IMG/VR virus record: IMGVR_UViG_3300045988_017593
Location: 1-45,189 of that record
DNA from: a virus
DNA length: 45,189 nt
Strand: one strand, 5' to 3'
Every line of letters starts with the position of its first letter. Position 1 is the first letter of the stretch. Under the pieces are notes generated by a model. It saw only the letters and a list, made by a program, of their open reading frames with translations, did not search any database and had not been told where the DNA came from. Positions 16,693 to 23,955 of the stretch are shown piece by piece. The position numbers were made by a program, and so were the translations under genes.

Positions 16693-16760
16693 CATCTTTG
16701 GGATAATTTTATCACGAAAATGGCAGTATAGTCAATGTGGTCTACCCATCTTTGGGATAA
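16693..16760. promoter_or_regulatory. Divergent control region: two 14-bp direct repeats CATCTTTGGGATAA plus palindrome GATAATTTTATC
   Basis: Exact repeats at 16693-16706 and 16747-16760. Palindrome at 16702-16713. The region is an AT-rich island in a GC-rich genome. Confidence 0.55.
16706..16735 (-). promoter_or_regulatory. Candidate leftward promoter (TTGACT - 18 nt - TAAAAT on the minus strand)
   Basis: The -35 complement AGTCAA is at 16730-16735 and the -10 complement ATTTTA at 16706-16711. The -10 overlaps the first direct repeat. Confidence 0.4.
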
Positions 16761-16777
16761 AGGGAGGAGGCGAAGCT

Positions 16778-17023
16778 GTGAAAATACACCGGCCGGGCGG
16801 CCGCTGCAATATAGCAGGCACGCGGGTCAGAACAGCCCGAGAGCGTGCAGGGCTATCTCAGGAGCAGCTCGCCGCAAAGATCCAGCTCGCGGGGCTGGAC
16901 ATCACACAGAAACAGGTCAGCCGGATCGAGACCGGCGACAGAGTCGTCGCAGACTATGAGCTCAGGTATCTGGCCGACGCCCTCGGCGTCACCGTCCACC
17001 ACCTGCTCAGGATCGACGAATAA
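16778..17023 (+). CDS. XRE-family HTH transcriptional regulator
   Basis: RTARERAGLSQEQLAAKIQLAGLDITQKQVSRIETGDR is a classic XRE HTH. GTG lies 7 nt after GGGAGGAGG. Confidence 0.75.
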   Translation: MKIHRPGGRCNIAGTRVRTARERAGLSQEQLAAKIQLAGLDITQKQVSRIETGDRVVADYELRYLADALGVTVHHLLRIDE

Positions 17024-17057
17024 AGGCAGCGGGGCCACGGCCCTGCTATTTTTATAC

Positions 17058-17087
17058 TTGACATTATAGAGCATTTGCTCTATAATA
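17058..17087 (+). promoter_or_regulatory. Consensus sigma-A/sigma-70 promoter (TTGACA - 17 nt - TATAAT) overlapped by a perfect 25-bp palindrome
   Basis: TTGACA at 17058-17063 and TATAAT at 17081-17086. Palindrome ATTATAGAGCA-TTT-TGCTCTATAAT at 17063-17087. Confidence 0.75.
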
Positions 17088-17131
17088 AGAGGCAGAAAGA
17101 CGCCACAGGACACCAAGAGGGAGGGATCCAG

Positions 17132-17377
17132 ATGGACAACCAGAAAAGCAACCTGCAAGGGCTCAGAAAAAAGGCCGGACTCTCGCAGTCGAAACTCGCC
17201 GCCGCTGCCGGCATCAACGTCCAAGTCCTTCAGCAGTATGAGCGAGGGGCTCGAGATCTGAACGGCGCGAAGCTGCTGACACTCCTGAAGATCTGCAACG
17301 CTCTGGAGTGCAGGCTGGTCGACATCATCACGGACAACGACACACTCGACCAGCTCGGGAGCTACGGCGAAAGGTAA
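17132..17377 (+). CDS. XRE-family HTH transcriptional regulator (Cro-like position)
   Basis: LRKKAGLSQSKLAAAAGINVQVLQQYERGARD is an XRE HTH. ATG follows GAGGGAGGG. Confidence 0.75.
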   Translation: MDNQKSNLQGLRKKAGLSQSKLAAAAGINVQVLQQYERGARDLNGAKLLTLLKICNALECRLVDIITDNDTLDQLGSYGER

Positions 17378-17385
17378 ACAGCGAA

Positions 17386-17414
17386 GGGACGGCCAACGTG
17401 GCCGTCCCTTTTTT
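17386..17414 (+). terminator. Rho-independent terminator
   Basis: GGGACGGCC-AACGT-GGCCGTCCC followed by TTTTTT. Confidence 0.8.
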
Positions 17415-17444
17415 CTATTCTATGCGGCAAGGAGGATCTTCGCC

Positions 17445-18503
17445 ATGAAAAAAGCAAAAACAGAGCCAAAATTCAAGCACATGAGCTTCACCGATCGCAT
17501 CCGACTGGAGGAGAAAATCAAGGCCGGCAAAACCAAGCAGCAGGCGGCCGACGAGCTCGGCTTCCACGTCAGCACCATCTACCGGGAGCTGAAGCGCGGC
17601 ACCTATGAGCACCTGAACAGTGACTACACCACCGAGATCAGGTACAGCCCGGACATCGCCGACGCCAACTACCGGCAAAACCTGAAGGCCAAGGGCGCCC
17701 CGATCAAGCTCGGGAACGACTACGCCCTCGCGGAATACATCGAGACGAAGATCGCCGACGAGAAGTACAGCCCCGGCGCCGTCCTCGGAGAGATCAAGCG
17801 CCTCGGCCTCGAGTTCTCTGTCACGATCAGCAAGCCGACCCTCTACCGCTACATCGAGCTCGGAGTGTTCGGCCGGATCACCAACGCAGACCTCCCGGAG
17901 AAGTCCAAGAAGAAGCAGACCAAGCGCAAGGTCAGAGTCTCCCGGCCGCCCGCGGGCGAGAGCATCGAAAACCGTCCGGCCGAAGTCGACGATCGCAACA
18001 CCTTCGGTCACTGGGAGATGGACACCGTCGTCAGTGCCGGCCACGCAAAAGAGACGCTGCTGGTGCTGACCGAGCGCCTCACCCGCCACGAGTTCATGAT
18101 CCTCATGCCAGATCGGACGGCGGCCAGCGTCGTGAAGGCACTCAACCGCATCGAGTGGAAGTTCGGCAAGCACTTCCCGGAGATCTTCAAGACCATCACC
18201 TGCGACAACGGCGTCGAGTTCTCTGACTGCTATGGTCTCGAGAAGAAGCGCCGCGGCAAAGGCAAGCGCACCAAGATCTACTACTGCCACCCTTACAGCT
18301 CCTACGAGCGAGGAAGCAACGAGAAACAAAACAGAATGATCCGGCGATGGCTGCCGAAGGGCACCAGCTTCGCCAGCGTCGACGCGAAGGAGGTCGCCCG
18401 GATCGAGGCGTGGCTCAACAACTACCCCCGCGAGATCTTCGGCTTCGAGACCTCTGCCGCTCTTTTTGAGCGGCATCTGGAGGTCATTTTAAGGGCTGCA
18501 TAA
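17445..18503 (+). CDS. IS30-family DDE transposase
   Basis: N-terminal HTH (AADELGFHVSTIYRELKRG) and a catalytic core with FGHWEMDTV..., TITCDNGVEF and YSSYERGSNEKQNRMIRRWLPKG, typical of IS30 transposases. GC3 usage is like the rest of the phage. Confidence 0.85.
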   Translation: MKKAKTEPKFKHMSFTDRIRLEEKIKAGKTKQQAADELGFHVSTIYRELKRGTYEHLNSDYTTEIRYSPDIADANYRQNLKAKGAPIKLGNDYALAEYIETKIADEKYSPGAVLGEIKRLGLEFSVTISKPTLYRYIELGVFGRITNADLPEKSKKKQTKRKVRVSRPPAGESIENRPAEVDDRNTFGHWEMDTVVSAGHAKETLLVLTERLTRHEFMILMPDRTAASVVKALNRIEWKFGKHFPEIFKTITCDNGVEFSDCYGLEKKRRGKGKRTKIYYCHPYSSYERGSNEKQNRMIRRWLPKGTSFASVDAKEVARIEAWLNNYPREIFGFETSAALFERHLEVILRAA

Positions 18504-18520
18504 AATATTTTTGCGTTTTT

Positions 18521-18571
18521 TCGCGATAACTACTTGACAAGTCGAGTGTCCAGTAATATAATTATCGCGAG
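18521..18571 (+). promoter_or_regulatory. Consensus promoter (TTGACA - 17 nt - TATAAT) bracketed by inverted repeats TCGCGATAA / TTATCGCGA
   Basis: TTGACA at 18534-18539 and TATAAT at 18557-18562. Inverted repeat arms at 18521-18529 and 18563-18571. A further TCGCGAT copy at 18602-18608. Confidence 0.7.
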
Positions 18572-18654
18572 ATAAGTCGAAAGCCCTCGGGCCGACCGTT
18601 CTCGCGATTTTTTTATCGTTTATCAAGGGCACACCCCGGAAAGGAGGCGAGAAA

Positions 18655-18933
18655 GTGAAAGCCTACAAATACCTGAGCCTGCAAGACCGCCAGCAGTTCG
18701 AGCGAGACTACGCAGCCGGCGCCAGAGTCGCCGACATCGCAGAAAGCCTCGGGATCCACACAGCCACAGCCTATGCGGAGCTGGCCCGCGGCACAGTCCT
18801 CGACGAGTATGGCGAGCCCGCCCTCGACCAGAACGGTCGGCAGGCATACAGCGCGGACGTCGCGCAGCTAAAAGTACAGGAGGGGCTCAGACGCAGGGGC
18901 AAGCGCCACACAGCGGCCGCGGCCCACTCATAA
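18655..18933 (+). CDS. Stand-alone HTH protein resembling the N-terminal DNA-binding region of the adjacent IS30 transposase
   Basis: LSLQDRQQFERDYAAGARVADIAESLGIHTATAYAELARGT...YSADVAQLK parallels the transposase residues FTDRIRLEEKIKAGKTKQQAADELGFHVSTIYRELKRGT...YSPDIADAN. GTG follows GGAAAGGAGG. Confidence 0.65.
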   Translation: MKAYKYLSLQDRQQFERDYAAGARVADIAESLGIHTATAYAELARGTVLDEYGEPALDQNGRQAYSADVAQLKVQEGLRRRGKRHTAAAAHS

Positions 18934-18994
18934 CCCATACGAAAAAGCCAAGATCCCCGGCTCCCTGCCGGGCCAAGATGAAAGGAGCACACAC

Positions 18995-19840
18995 ATGACT
19001 CAGAACGATCTCAGAGAAAAGGTTATCAAGGCAGAGGCCAAGGTCGCCAAGCGCACCGCAGTTCTCCAGAAGCACAGAGAGCAGCTCGCCAAGCTGATCC
19101 AGAAGGGCGCCGACCAGTTCGACATCCGCATCAAAAAGAGCGACATCGAGAGCGCTGAGGACAAGCTCGAGGAGGCCAAGAAGATCCTCGCCAACTGGAA
19201 GGAGAAGCTCGACGAGCGCATCACCTCCGACGACTACCTCGAGGCCAACGCCCCGGAGATCCTGAAGGAGTTCCTCGAAAACTGGAAGCAGCACGCGATC
19301 GACTACTACCGTCAGAAGCGGATCCGCTTCATCGAGTACCGCAAGGAGCTGAGAGCTGCGGAGCGGGCCGCCAGACTGGAAGCCCTTCAGACGCTCCCCT
19401 CCCTCGAAAGATCCCGCAAGCTCTACGAAGGCCGCGAGCCGTCCGACTGTGATCTCGCAAACCTCTGGCCCCGCAAGGATGTCGACGAGTTCCTGCACGA
19501 GCGCGGTCTGGACTACTACCAGATCCAGAAGAAGCTCCAAGCAAAAGGCGACGGCATCATCTTCAGGATGCTGGAGATCTCCAATGAGCAGGAGCGCGAG
19601 GAGTGGCTCGAGCGGACAATGGAAGAAGAAAAGCGGGCCAAGCTGCTCGACCTGATCGGCCGCATCATGAGCACCGTCGGCACAATCACCGACGCCTCCG
19701 CTCTTTACATAGGCCTCGAGGGTGACATCAACGGCTACATCGTCGGGACTGAAGGCAAGGCCAAGATCCAGACCATCGGCGCCGGTGGCTACAACATCCA
19801 GTGCTTCCACTTCAGGACGCTGATCCACGAGTACAAGTAA
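18995..19840 (+). CDS. Hypothetical early protein (coiled-coil rich)
   Basis: 281-aa ORF with SD AAAGGAGCACACACATG. No family recognised. Confidence 0.6.
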   Translation: MTQNDLREKVIKAEAKVAKRTAVLQKHREQLAKLIQKGADQFDIRIKKSDIESAEDKLEEAKKILANWKEKLDERITSDDYLEANAPEILKEFLENWKQHAIDYYRQKRIRFIEYRKELRAAERAARLEALQTLPSLERSRKLYEGREPSDCDLANLWPRKDVDEFLHERGLDYYQIQKKLQAKGDGIIFRMLEISNEQEREEWLERTMEEEKRAKLLDLIGRIMSTVGTITDASALYIGLEGDINGYIVGTEGKAKIQTIGAGGYNIQCFHFRTLIHEYK

Positions 19841-19850
19841 GGAGGACACC

Positions 19851-20090
19851 ATGAGAAACTACACAGAAGTCGCGGCCATGACCTGCCCGCGCATCAAAGC
19901 GGAGCGCGAGCGCCTCGGCGTCGAGAAGAAGGAGCTCGCCGCCTCGCTCGGCTACGGCCTCAGCAACTACTCCGCATACGAGACCAAGACCCTGCCCTCT
20001 CTCGAGAGGCTGGTCGAGCTGGCTGACTATTTCGGGTGCAGCGTCGACTACCTCCTCGGCCGCAGCGACGTCCGGGAGGTGCAGGCATGA
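19851..20090 (+). CDS. XRE-family HTH protein
   Basis: IKAERERLGVEKKELAASLGYGLSNYSAYETKTLPSLERLVELADYFGCSVDYLLGR. Confidence 0.7.
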   Translation: MRNYTEVAAMTCPRIKAERERLGVEKKELAASLGYGLSNYSAYETKTLPSLERLVELADYFGCSVDYLLGRSDVREVQA

Positions 20091-20434
20091 GCAAGATCAA
20101 CGACATCACCGCCATCACGAGCCGCACGCTCGACAGATACCGCAACTCGATCCCCCGCAAAGCCTTCATCGAAGCGATGGAGGCTGTCGCAGCCGAGGTC
20201 GTCGGACAGTCCGAAACGGCCCCGGCCAACACTGCGCCCGGGATCCAGATCATCAAGCAGCCGGACATCACCGCCGGCGAGCTGGCCGATCTGCTCTCTG
20301 GCTGCTGCCCTCCCTTCTGTGGAGAGGACAGCGCCGTCCACTGCGACGACCAGAGCTGCCGGGCCTGCTGGCTCGCATGGCTGACCACCGGCCGCCCGCC
20401 GAAGCCCCGGGAGGAGGTGCCTCGACGTGAGTGA
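20087..20434 (+). CDS. Hypothetical Cys-rich early protein
   Basis: ATG overlaps the upstream stop (ATGA). C-terminal Cys cluster CCPPFCGEDSAVHCDDQSCRAC. Confidence 0.5.
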   Translation: MSKINDITAITSRTLDRYRNSIPRKAFIEAMEAVAAEVVGQSETAPANTAPGIQIIKQPDITAGELADLLSGCCPPFCGEDSAVHCDDQSCRACWLAWLTTGRPPKPREEVPRRE

Positions 20435-20750
20435 GATCACAATGCAGCAGAGCGATCTCGGCCTACATATCGACCCCGATGTCATGCAGGAGATCCTCGA
20501 CGCCTTCCACCAGATCGGCGAGAAGCTGAAGGAGATGGCCGAGGCCATCATCAAAGCAGTGAGGGCCGCCGCGGAGTGGGCGGCTAAAACCGCCCGCCGC
20601 TTCATCGAGAGCATCGCCGCCGGCGTCGTGCCCGGGAAATGGCTGCACCTCGCGAAACACGCCAAGAAGCTCAGGACGCGCAAGAAGTACCGCCGCCGGA
20701 TCTGGAGGGCTCTGATCGCAGCCCTCGCCGAAGGAGGTGGCAGCTCATGA
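20427..20750 (+). CDS. Hypothetical helical, basic early protein
   Basis: GTG lies 9 nt after GAGGAGG. 107 aa. Confidence 0.5.
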   Translation: MSEITMQQSDLGLHIDPDVMQEILDAFHQIGEKLKEMAEAIIKAVRAAAEWAAKTARRFIESIAAGVVPGKWLHLAKHAKKLRTRKKYRRRIWRALIAALAEGGGSS

Positions 20751-20926
20751 CCGCGAAGTGCGTCGGCTGCGGCCTCGACTGGAATGTCAGCATATACCAG
20801 AAGATCCCGGCCACCGGCTACATCTGCCCGCACTGCGAGAGCAAGCTGAGAGCCGGCGCCACCCTGAAGCAGATCCAAGCCGAGCCGAGAGGCCGGCGCC
20901 CATATACGAAAGGAGCAAAACCATGA
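20747..20926 (+). CDS. Small zinc-ribbon protein
   Basis: CVGCG...17 residues...CPHC. ATG overlaps the upstream stop. Confidence 0.5.
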   Translation: MTAKCVGCGLDWNVSIYQKIPATGYICPHCESKLRAGATLKQIQAEPRGRRPYTKGAKP

Positions 20927-21618
20927 AGAAAGCACTCAAGAGCAGCCCCCGCGGCGCGGCCTTCACCTTCGCAGGCCAGCGCTGGATCGTGCTGGAACAT
21001 GACCCCGCAGGCCGTACCCTCTGCCTGACCGAGAACATCGTCGAGGAGAAAGCCTTCGACGTCGACAACTGCAACAACTTCGCCAAGGCCAGCAGCAACG
21101 CCTACCTGAACGGCCCCTTCCTCGACAACCTGCACGAAGCAGCCGGCGGCAACGCCGGGGCCTTCCTCCGCAGCGAGCTCGATCTGACCGCCGATGACGG
21201 CCTGAAGCACTACGGCACCTGCAACGTCACCATCTTCCTCCTGACCGTCGACCAGTACCGCCGCAACCGCGACGTGATCCCCAACGCAGACGACTGGTGG
21301 TGGCTCTCCACTGCGGTCAGCACTGCCGAGAATGGGTACGAGCATAGCGCCCGCCGCGTCTACGCCGATGGCGCGCTGGGCGGGGACGGCGCCTACTACG
21401 GCGGCCTCGGCCTGCGCCCCGCTTGTTATCTGGACTCCGATCTCCTGATCTCCCTCGACGAGGAGGACGTCGCTGCCGATCAGGCGGGTGAGATCGTCAA
21501 GGAGCTGGCTGAGGAGCTGGGCGGCACATTTGCCACCGCGGATCAGCTCAAGGCGGCCGCTGCCTTCATGTTCGGCACCCTGAGAGCAGCCCGCGATCAG
21601 GAGGTGGCCCATGAGTAA
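20923..21618 (+). CDS. DGR target protein 2 (231 aa), a paralogue of the target 1 N-terminal variable domain, located in the early operon
   Basis: Shares with target 1: RWIVLEH / IIWIVADK, NAYLNG / RQWLNS, TIFLLT / KIFLLS, WWWL / WYYWL and GLRPAC.L.SDLLIS. Carries VR2. No signal peptide or TM seen. Start and stop both overlap neighbouring genes. Confidence 0.85.
   Translation: MKKALKSSPRGAAFTFAGQRWIVLEHDPAGRTLCLTENIVEEKAFDVDNCNNFAKASSNAYLNGPFLDNLHEAAGGNAGAFLRSELDLTADDGLKHYGTCNVTIFLLTVDQYRRNRDVIPNADDWWWLSTAVSTAENGYEHSARRVYADGALGGDGAYYGGLGLRPACYLDSDLLISLDEEDVAADQAGEIVKELAEELGGTFATADQLKAAAAFMFGTLRAARDQEVAHE
21346..21424 (+). repeat. DGR variable repeat 2 (VR2)
   Basis: 79-nt hand alignment to TR 9153-9231 gives 17 mismatches, all at TR adenines. 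Same reading frame relative to TR as VR1. The identical GC-rich 3' end GGCCTGCGCCCCGCTT is present. Confidence 0.88.
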
Positions 21619-22321
21619 CCTGAGCAGCCTGCTGGACAAGTACAAGGCCCTCGTCATCTTCGACACAGAGACCAGTGGCCTCGAGCCGGACAAGCACCAG
21701 ATCATCGAGCTGGCCGCCCTCAGAGTGGAGCGCACCGCCTCCGGGGCCCTGCGCATCGCCGGCAAGATGGACAGCTTCATCAAGCTGCCGGAGGGCGAGA
21801 AACTGGACGAGAACATCACCGCCCTCACCGGCATCACCGACCGCACCCTTCAGACTGAGGGCGTACAGCCGGCGAAGGCAGCCGGACAGATCGCGAAGCT
21901 GATGCAGCCCGGCCCTGTCCTGATGGTAGCCCATAATGCACAGTTCGACGCCTGCTTCCTGCGTGGCCTGCTGCGTGGCGTGAAGATCGGCCGGATCGAC
22001 TGGCTCGACAGTCTGACTGTCTACAAAGACCGCCGGCCATACCCGCACAAGCTCGCCAACGCGATCCTCGCCTACGAGCTCGAGGACAAGGTGCAGAACA
22101 GCCACCGGGCCATCGACGACGTGCTGGCGCTGTTCGAGGTGCTGAAGGCGATGGACGAGGAGCGCAGCGATCTCGCTGCCTACGTCAACCTGTTCGGCTA
22201 CAACCCGAAGTACGGCGTCAGCGGCCGCCGGATCACCGGCGTCAGATACGAGCCGCAGAGCTTCATCAAAACCATGACCCGGCCTGAGCAAACACTCCCG
22301 GCCAAGATCGCCCGGAGGTGA
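21611..22321 (+). CDS. DEDDh 3'-5' exonuclease (DnaQ / Pol III epsilon-like)
   Basis: VIFDTETSGL (Exo I), MVAHNAQFDACFL (Exo II) and HRAIDDV (Exo III). Confidence 0.85.
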   Translation: MSNLSSLLDKYKALVIFDTETSGLEPDKHQIIELAALRVERTASGALRIAGKMDSFIKLPEGEKLDENITALTGITDRTLQTEGVQPAKAAGQIAKLMQPGPVLMVAHNAQFDACFLRGLLRGVKIGRIDWLDSLTVYKDRRPYPHKLANAILAYELEDKVQNSHRAIDDVLALFEVLKAMDEERSDLAAYVNLFGYNPKYGVSGRRITGVRYEPQSFIKTMTRPEQTLPAKIARR

Positions 22322-22325
22322 CACC

Positions 22326-22601
22326 ATGAGCAAAAGCGCACCCATCACCATCTCAAGCGCTGCGCTGCGGGAGCGCGTCGAGGATCACCTCGACAGAATG
22401 ATCCCCGACCACACATGGGAGCGCAGCGAGTTATACGCAAGGAGAAAGCTCGACTACTACCGGGGGCACTACCCGGACGTCGACTACTTCGACAACGAGT
22501 ACCTCGTGCTGCTGACCGCCGACACCGTCAACGAGACGGAGTTCAGCGACTACACAATGGCCGACTGCGCCGCGAAGATGGCAGCCCGGGCGTCAGATTG
22601 A
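22326..22601 (+). CDS. Hypothetical protein
   Basis: 91-aa ORF with SD GGAGGTGACACCATG. Confidence 0.5.
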   Translation: MSKSAPITISSAALRERVEDHLDRMIPDHTWERSELYARRKLDYYRGHYPDVDYFDNEYLVLLTADTVNETEFSDYTMADCAAKMAARASD

Positions 22602-22613
22602 AAGGAGCCAACC

Positions 22614-23315
22614 ATGGAAGCCATGACACAAAAAAGAGGCTACCCGCTGCAACAGGTAGCCCCCGCGAGAATACCATCAAGCCAGCCAGCTCACGGATCC
22701 CGCACCCGAAGTATAGCACAAAAAAAGCGCCGCGCCAAGTACCGCCGCCGCAGGATCATCGCGCTGCTGATCCTGATCGCCGTCCTGATCGCCCTCGTGT
22801 GGGGCGTGGCATCTCTTGTGAGGATCATCTGGAACGCAGCAGCAGCCGAGATCCCGGACGTCAGCACCAGCACCCCGATCGTGGTGGAACGGCCGATCAT
22901 CAGCACCACCAGCGCTCCGGCCGCCACGGCGACACCAGCCGCACGCTACACTCTGACCGCCGAGGAACGTGACACGGTCGAGCGCGTAGTCATGGCAGAA
23001 GCCGGCGGCGAGTCCTTCGAGGGCAAGATGCTGGTCGCCCAGTGCATACTCACAGCAACCGAAAAGACCGGCCTCCAGCCGTCGGAGGTCGTCGTCAAAT
23101 ACAAATACACCGCCAGTCGCCCGGAGCCCTCTCAGAGCGTGAAGGACGCCGTCGCCGCAGTGTTTGACCGTGGCGAGCTCGTCGTGGACGAGCCTGTCAT
23201 GTATTTCTATAACCCCGCCATCGTCGAGAGCGAGTGGCACGAGAGCCAGATCTTCGTCATCGAAGTCGGCGGCCACCGCTTCTTCGCAGAAAGGAGCCAA
23301 AACAATGAGCGATAA
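22614..23315 (+). CDS. Membrane-anchored cell-wall hydrolase (SleB / Hydrolase_2-like)
   Basis: TM segment IIALLILIAVLIALVWGV, then ERVVMAEAGGESFEGKMLVAQCILT...VMYFYNP...W, typical of the SleB-type family. Confidence 0.7.
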   Translation: MEAMTQKRGYPLQQVAPARIPSSQPAHGSRTRSIAQKKRRAKYRRRRIIALLILIAVLIALVWGVASLVRIIWNAAAAEIPDVSTSTPIVVERPIISTTSAPAATATPAARYTLTAEERDTVERVVMAEAGGESFEGKMLVAQCILTATEKTGLQPSEVVVKYKYTASRPEPSQSVKDAVAAVFDRGELVVDEPVMYFYNPAIVESEWHESQIFVIEVGGHRFFAERSQNNER

Positions 23316-23943
23316 AACCACCGCGGCGATCGCCGCAGAACAGGCCGCAGCAGCCGAGGAAGTCTCGGGAGCTCAAGAGGCCACCCCGCTGCCGTCCGTT
23401 ACCCTCGAGGAGCTGGAACAGTTCGACATCGGCTCCATCGAGCCGGAGGAGCGCCCGCCCTTCAGGATCACCGACGACCGCTGCGCTGACTGGGCCGTCC
23501 GCAAGATCAACGAGGAGCGCAGCGAGTACGAGCGCCTGAAGGAGCTCGGCGAGCAGCAGATCGCGGCCATACAGGACAAGCTCGCCGCAGCAGAGCGGCG
23601 CTACAACAACGGCACCGCCTTCCTGACATCTTGCCTCGCCGACTTCTTCCAGACTGTTCCCCACAAGAAAACCAAGACGACCGAGAAGTACCGCCTCCTC
23701 TCTGGCACCCTCACCCTGAAAAAGGGAGCCCCGAAGGCTACCGTCGACGACGAGAAGCTGGTGCCGTGGCTGAGGGCCAACGGCTTCGGGGACTTCGTCA
23801 AGACCACTGAGTCGGCCAAGTGGGGCGAGCTGAAGAAGAAGGTCATGCTCGTCGGATCCGTCGCCACCATCGAGGAGACCGGCGAGATCATCGAAGGCAT
23901 CACCGTCACAGAGACCCCGGACACCTTCAGGGTCGAAGCATAA
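23305..23943 (+). CDS. Host-nuclease inhibitor Gam-like protein (Mu Gam family)
   Basis: ITDDRCADWAVRKINEERSEYERLKELGEQQIAAIQDKL...YRLLSGTLTLKK...KLVPWL pattern. Located upstream of Erf and SSB. Confidence 0.6.
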   Translation: MSDKTTAAIAAEQAAAAEEVSGAQEATPLPSVTLEELEQFDIGSIEPEERPPFRITDDRCADWAVRKINEERSEYERLKELGEQQIAAIQDKLAAAERRYNNGTAFLTSCLADFFQTVPHKKTKTTEKYRLLSGTLTLKKGAPKATVDDEKLVPWLRANGFGDFVKTTESAKWGELKKKVMLVGSVATIEETGEIIEGITVTETPDTFRVEA

Positions 23944-23955
23944 AGGAGGCACAGC

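Noticed and set aside
16547-16777. The N-terminal 77 codons of track ORF 16547-17023.
   Set aside because: This part overlaps the 5' end of the minus-strand gene and the AT-rich control region. A GTG with a strong SD at 16778 gives a normal-sized XRE protein.
17415-18508. A compact IS30 element bounded by inverted repeats CTATTCTATGCGGC (17415-17428) and GCTGCATAAAATAT (18495-18508).
   Set aside because: Only 11 of 14 positions pair, there is no extension beyond 14 bp, and no flanking direct repeat is evident. The evidence is too weak to call IS boundaries, so it is kept only as the alternative hypothesis in the transposase finding.
21330-21345. Extension of VR2 to the full 95-nt TR length.
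   Set aside because: Upstream of 21346 the alignment to the TR contains many non-adenine mismatches, including a C to T at 21345. TR-directed homology for VR2 therefore covers only about 79 nt.
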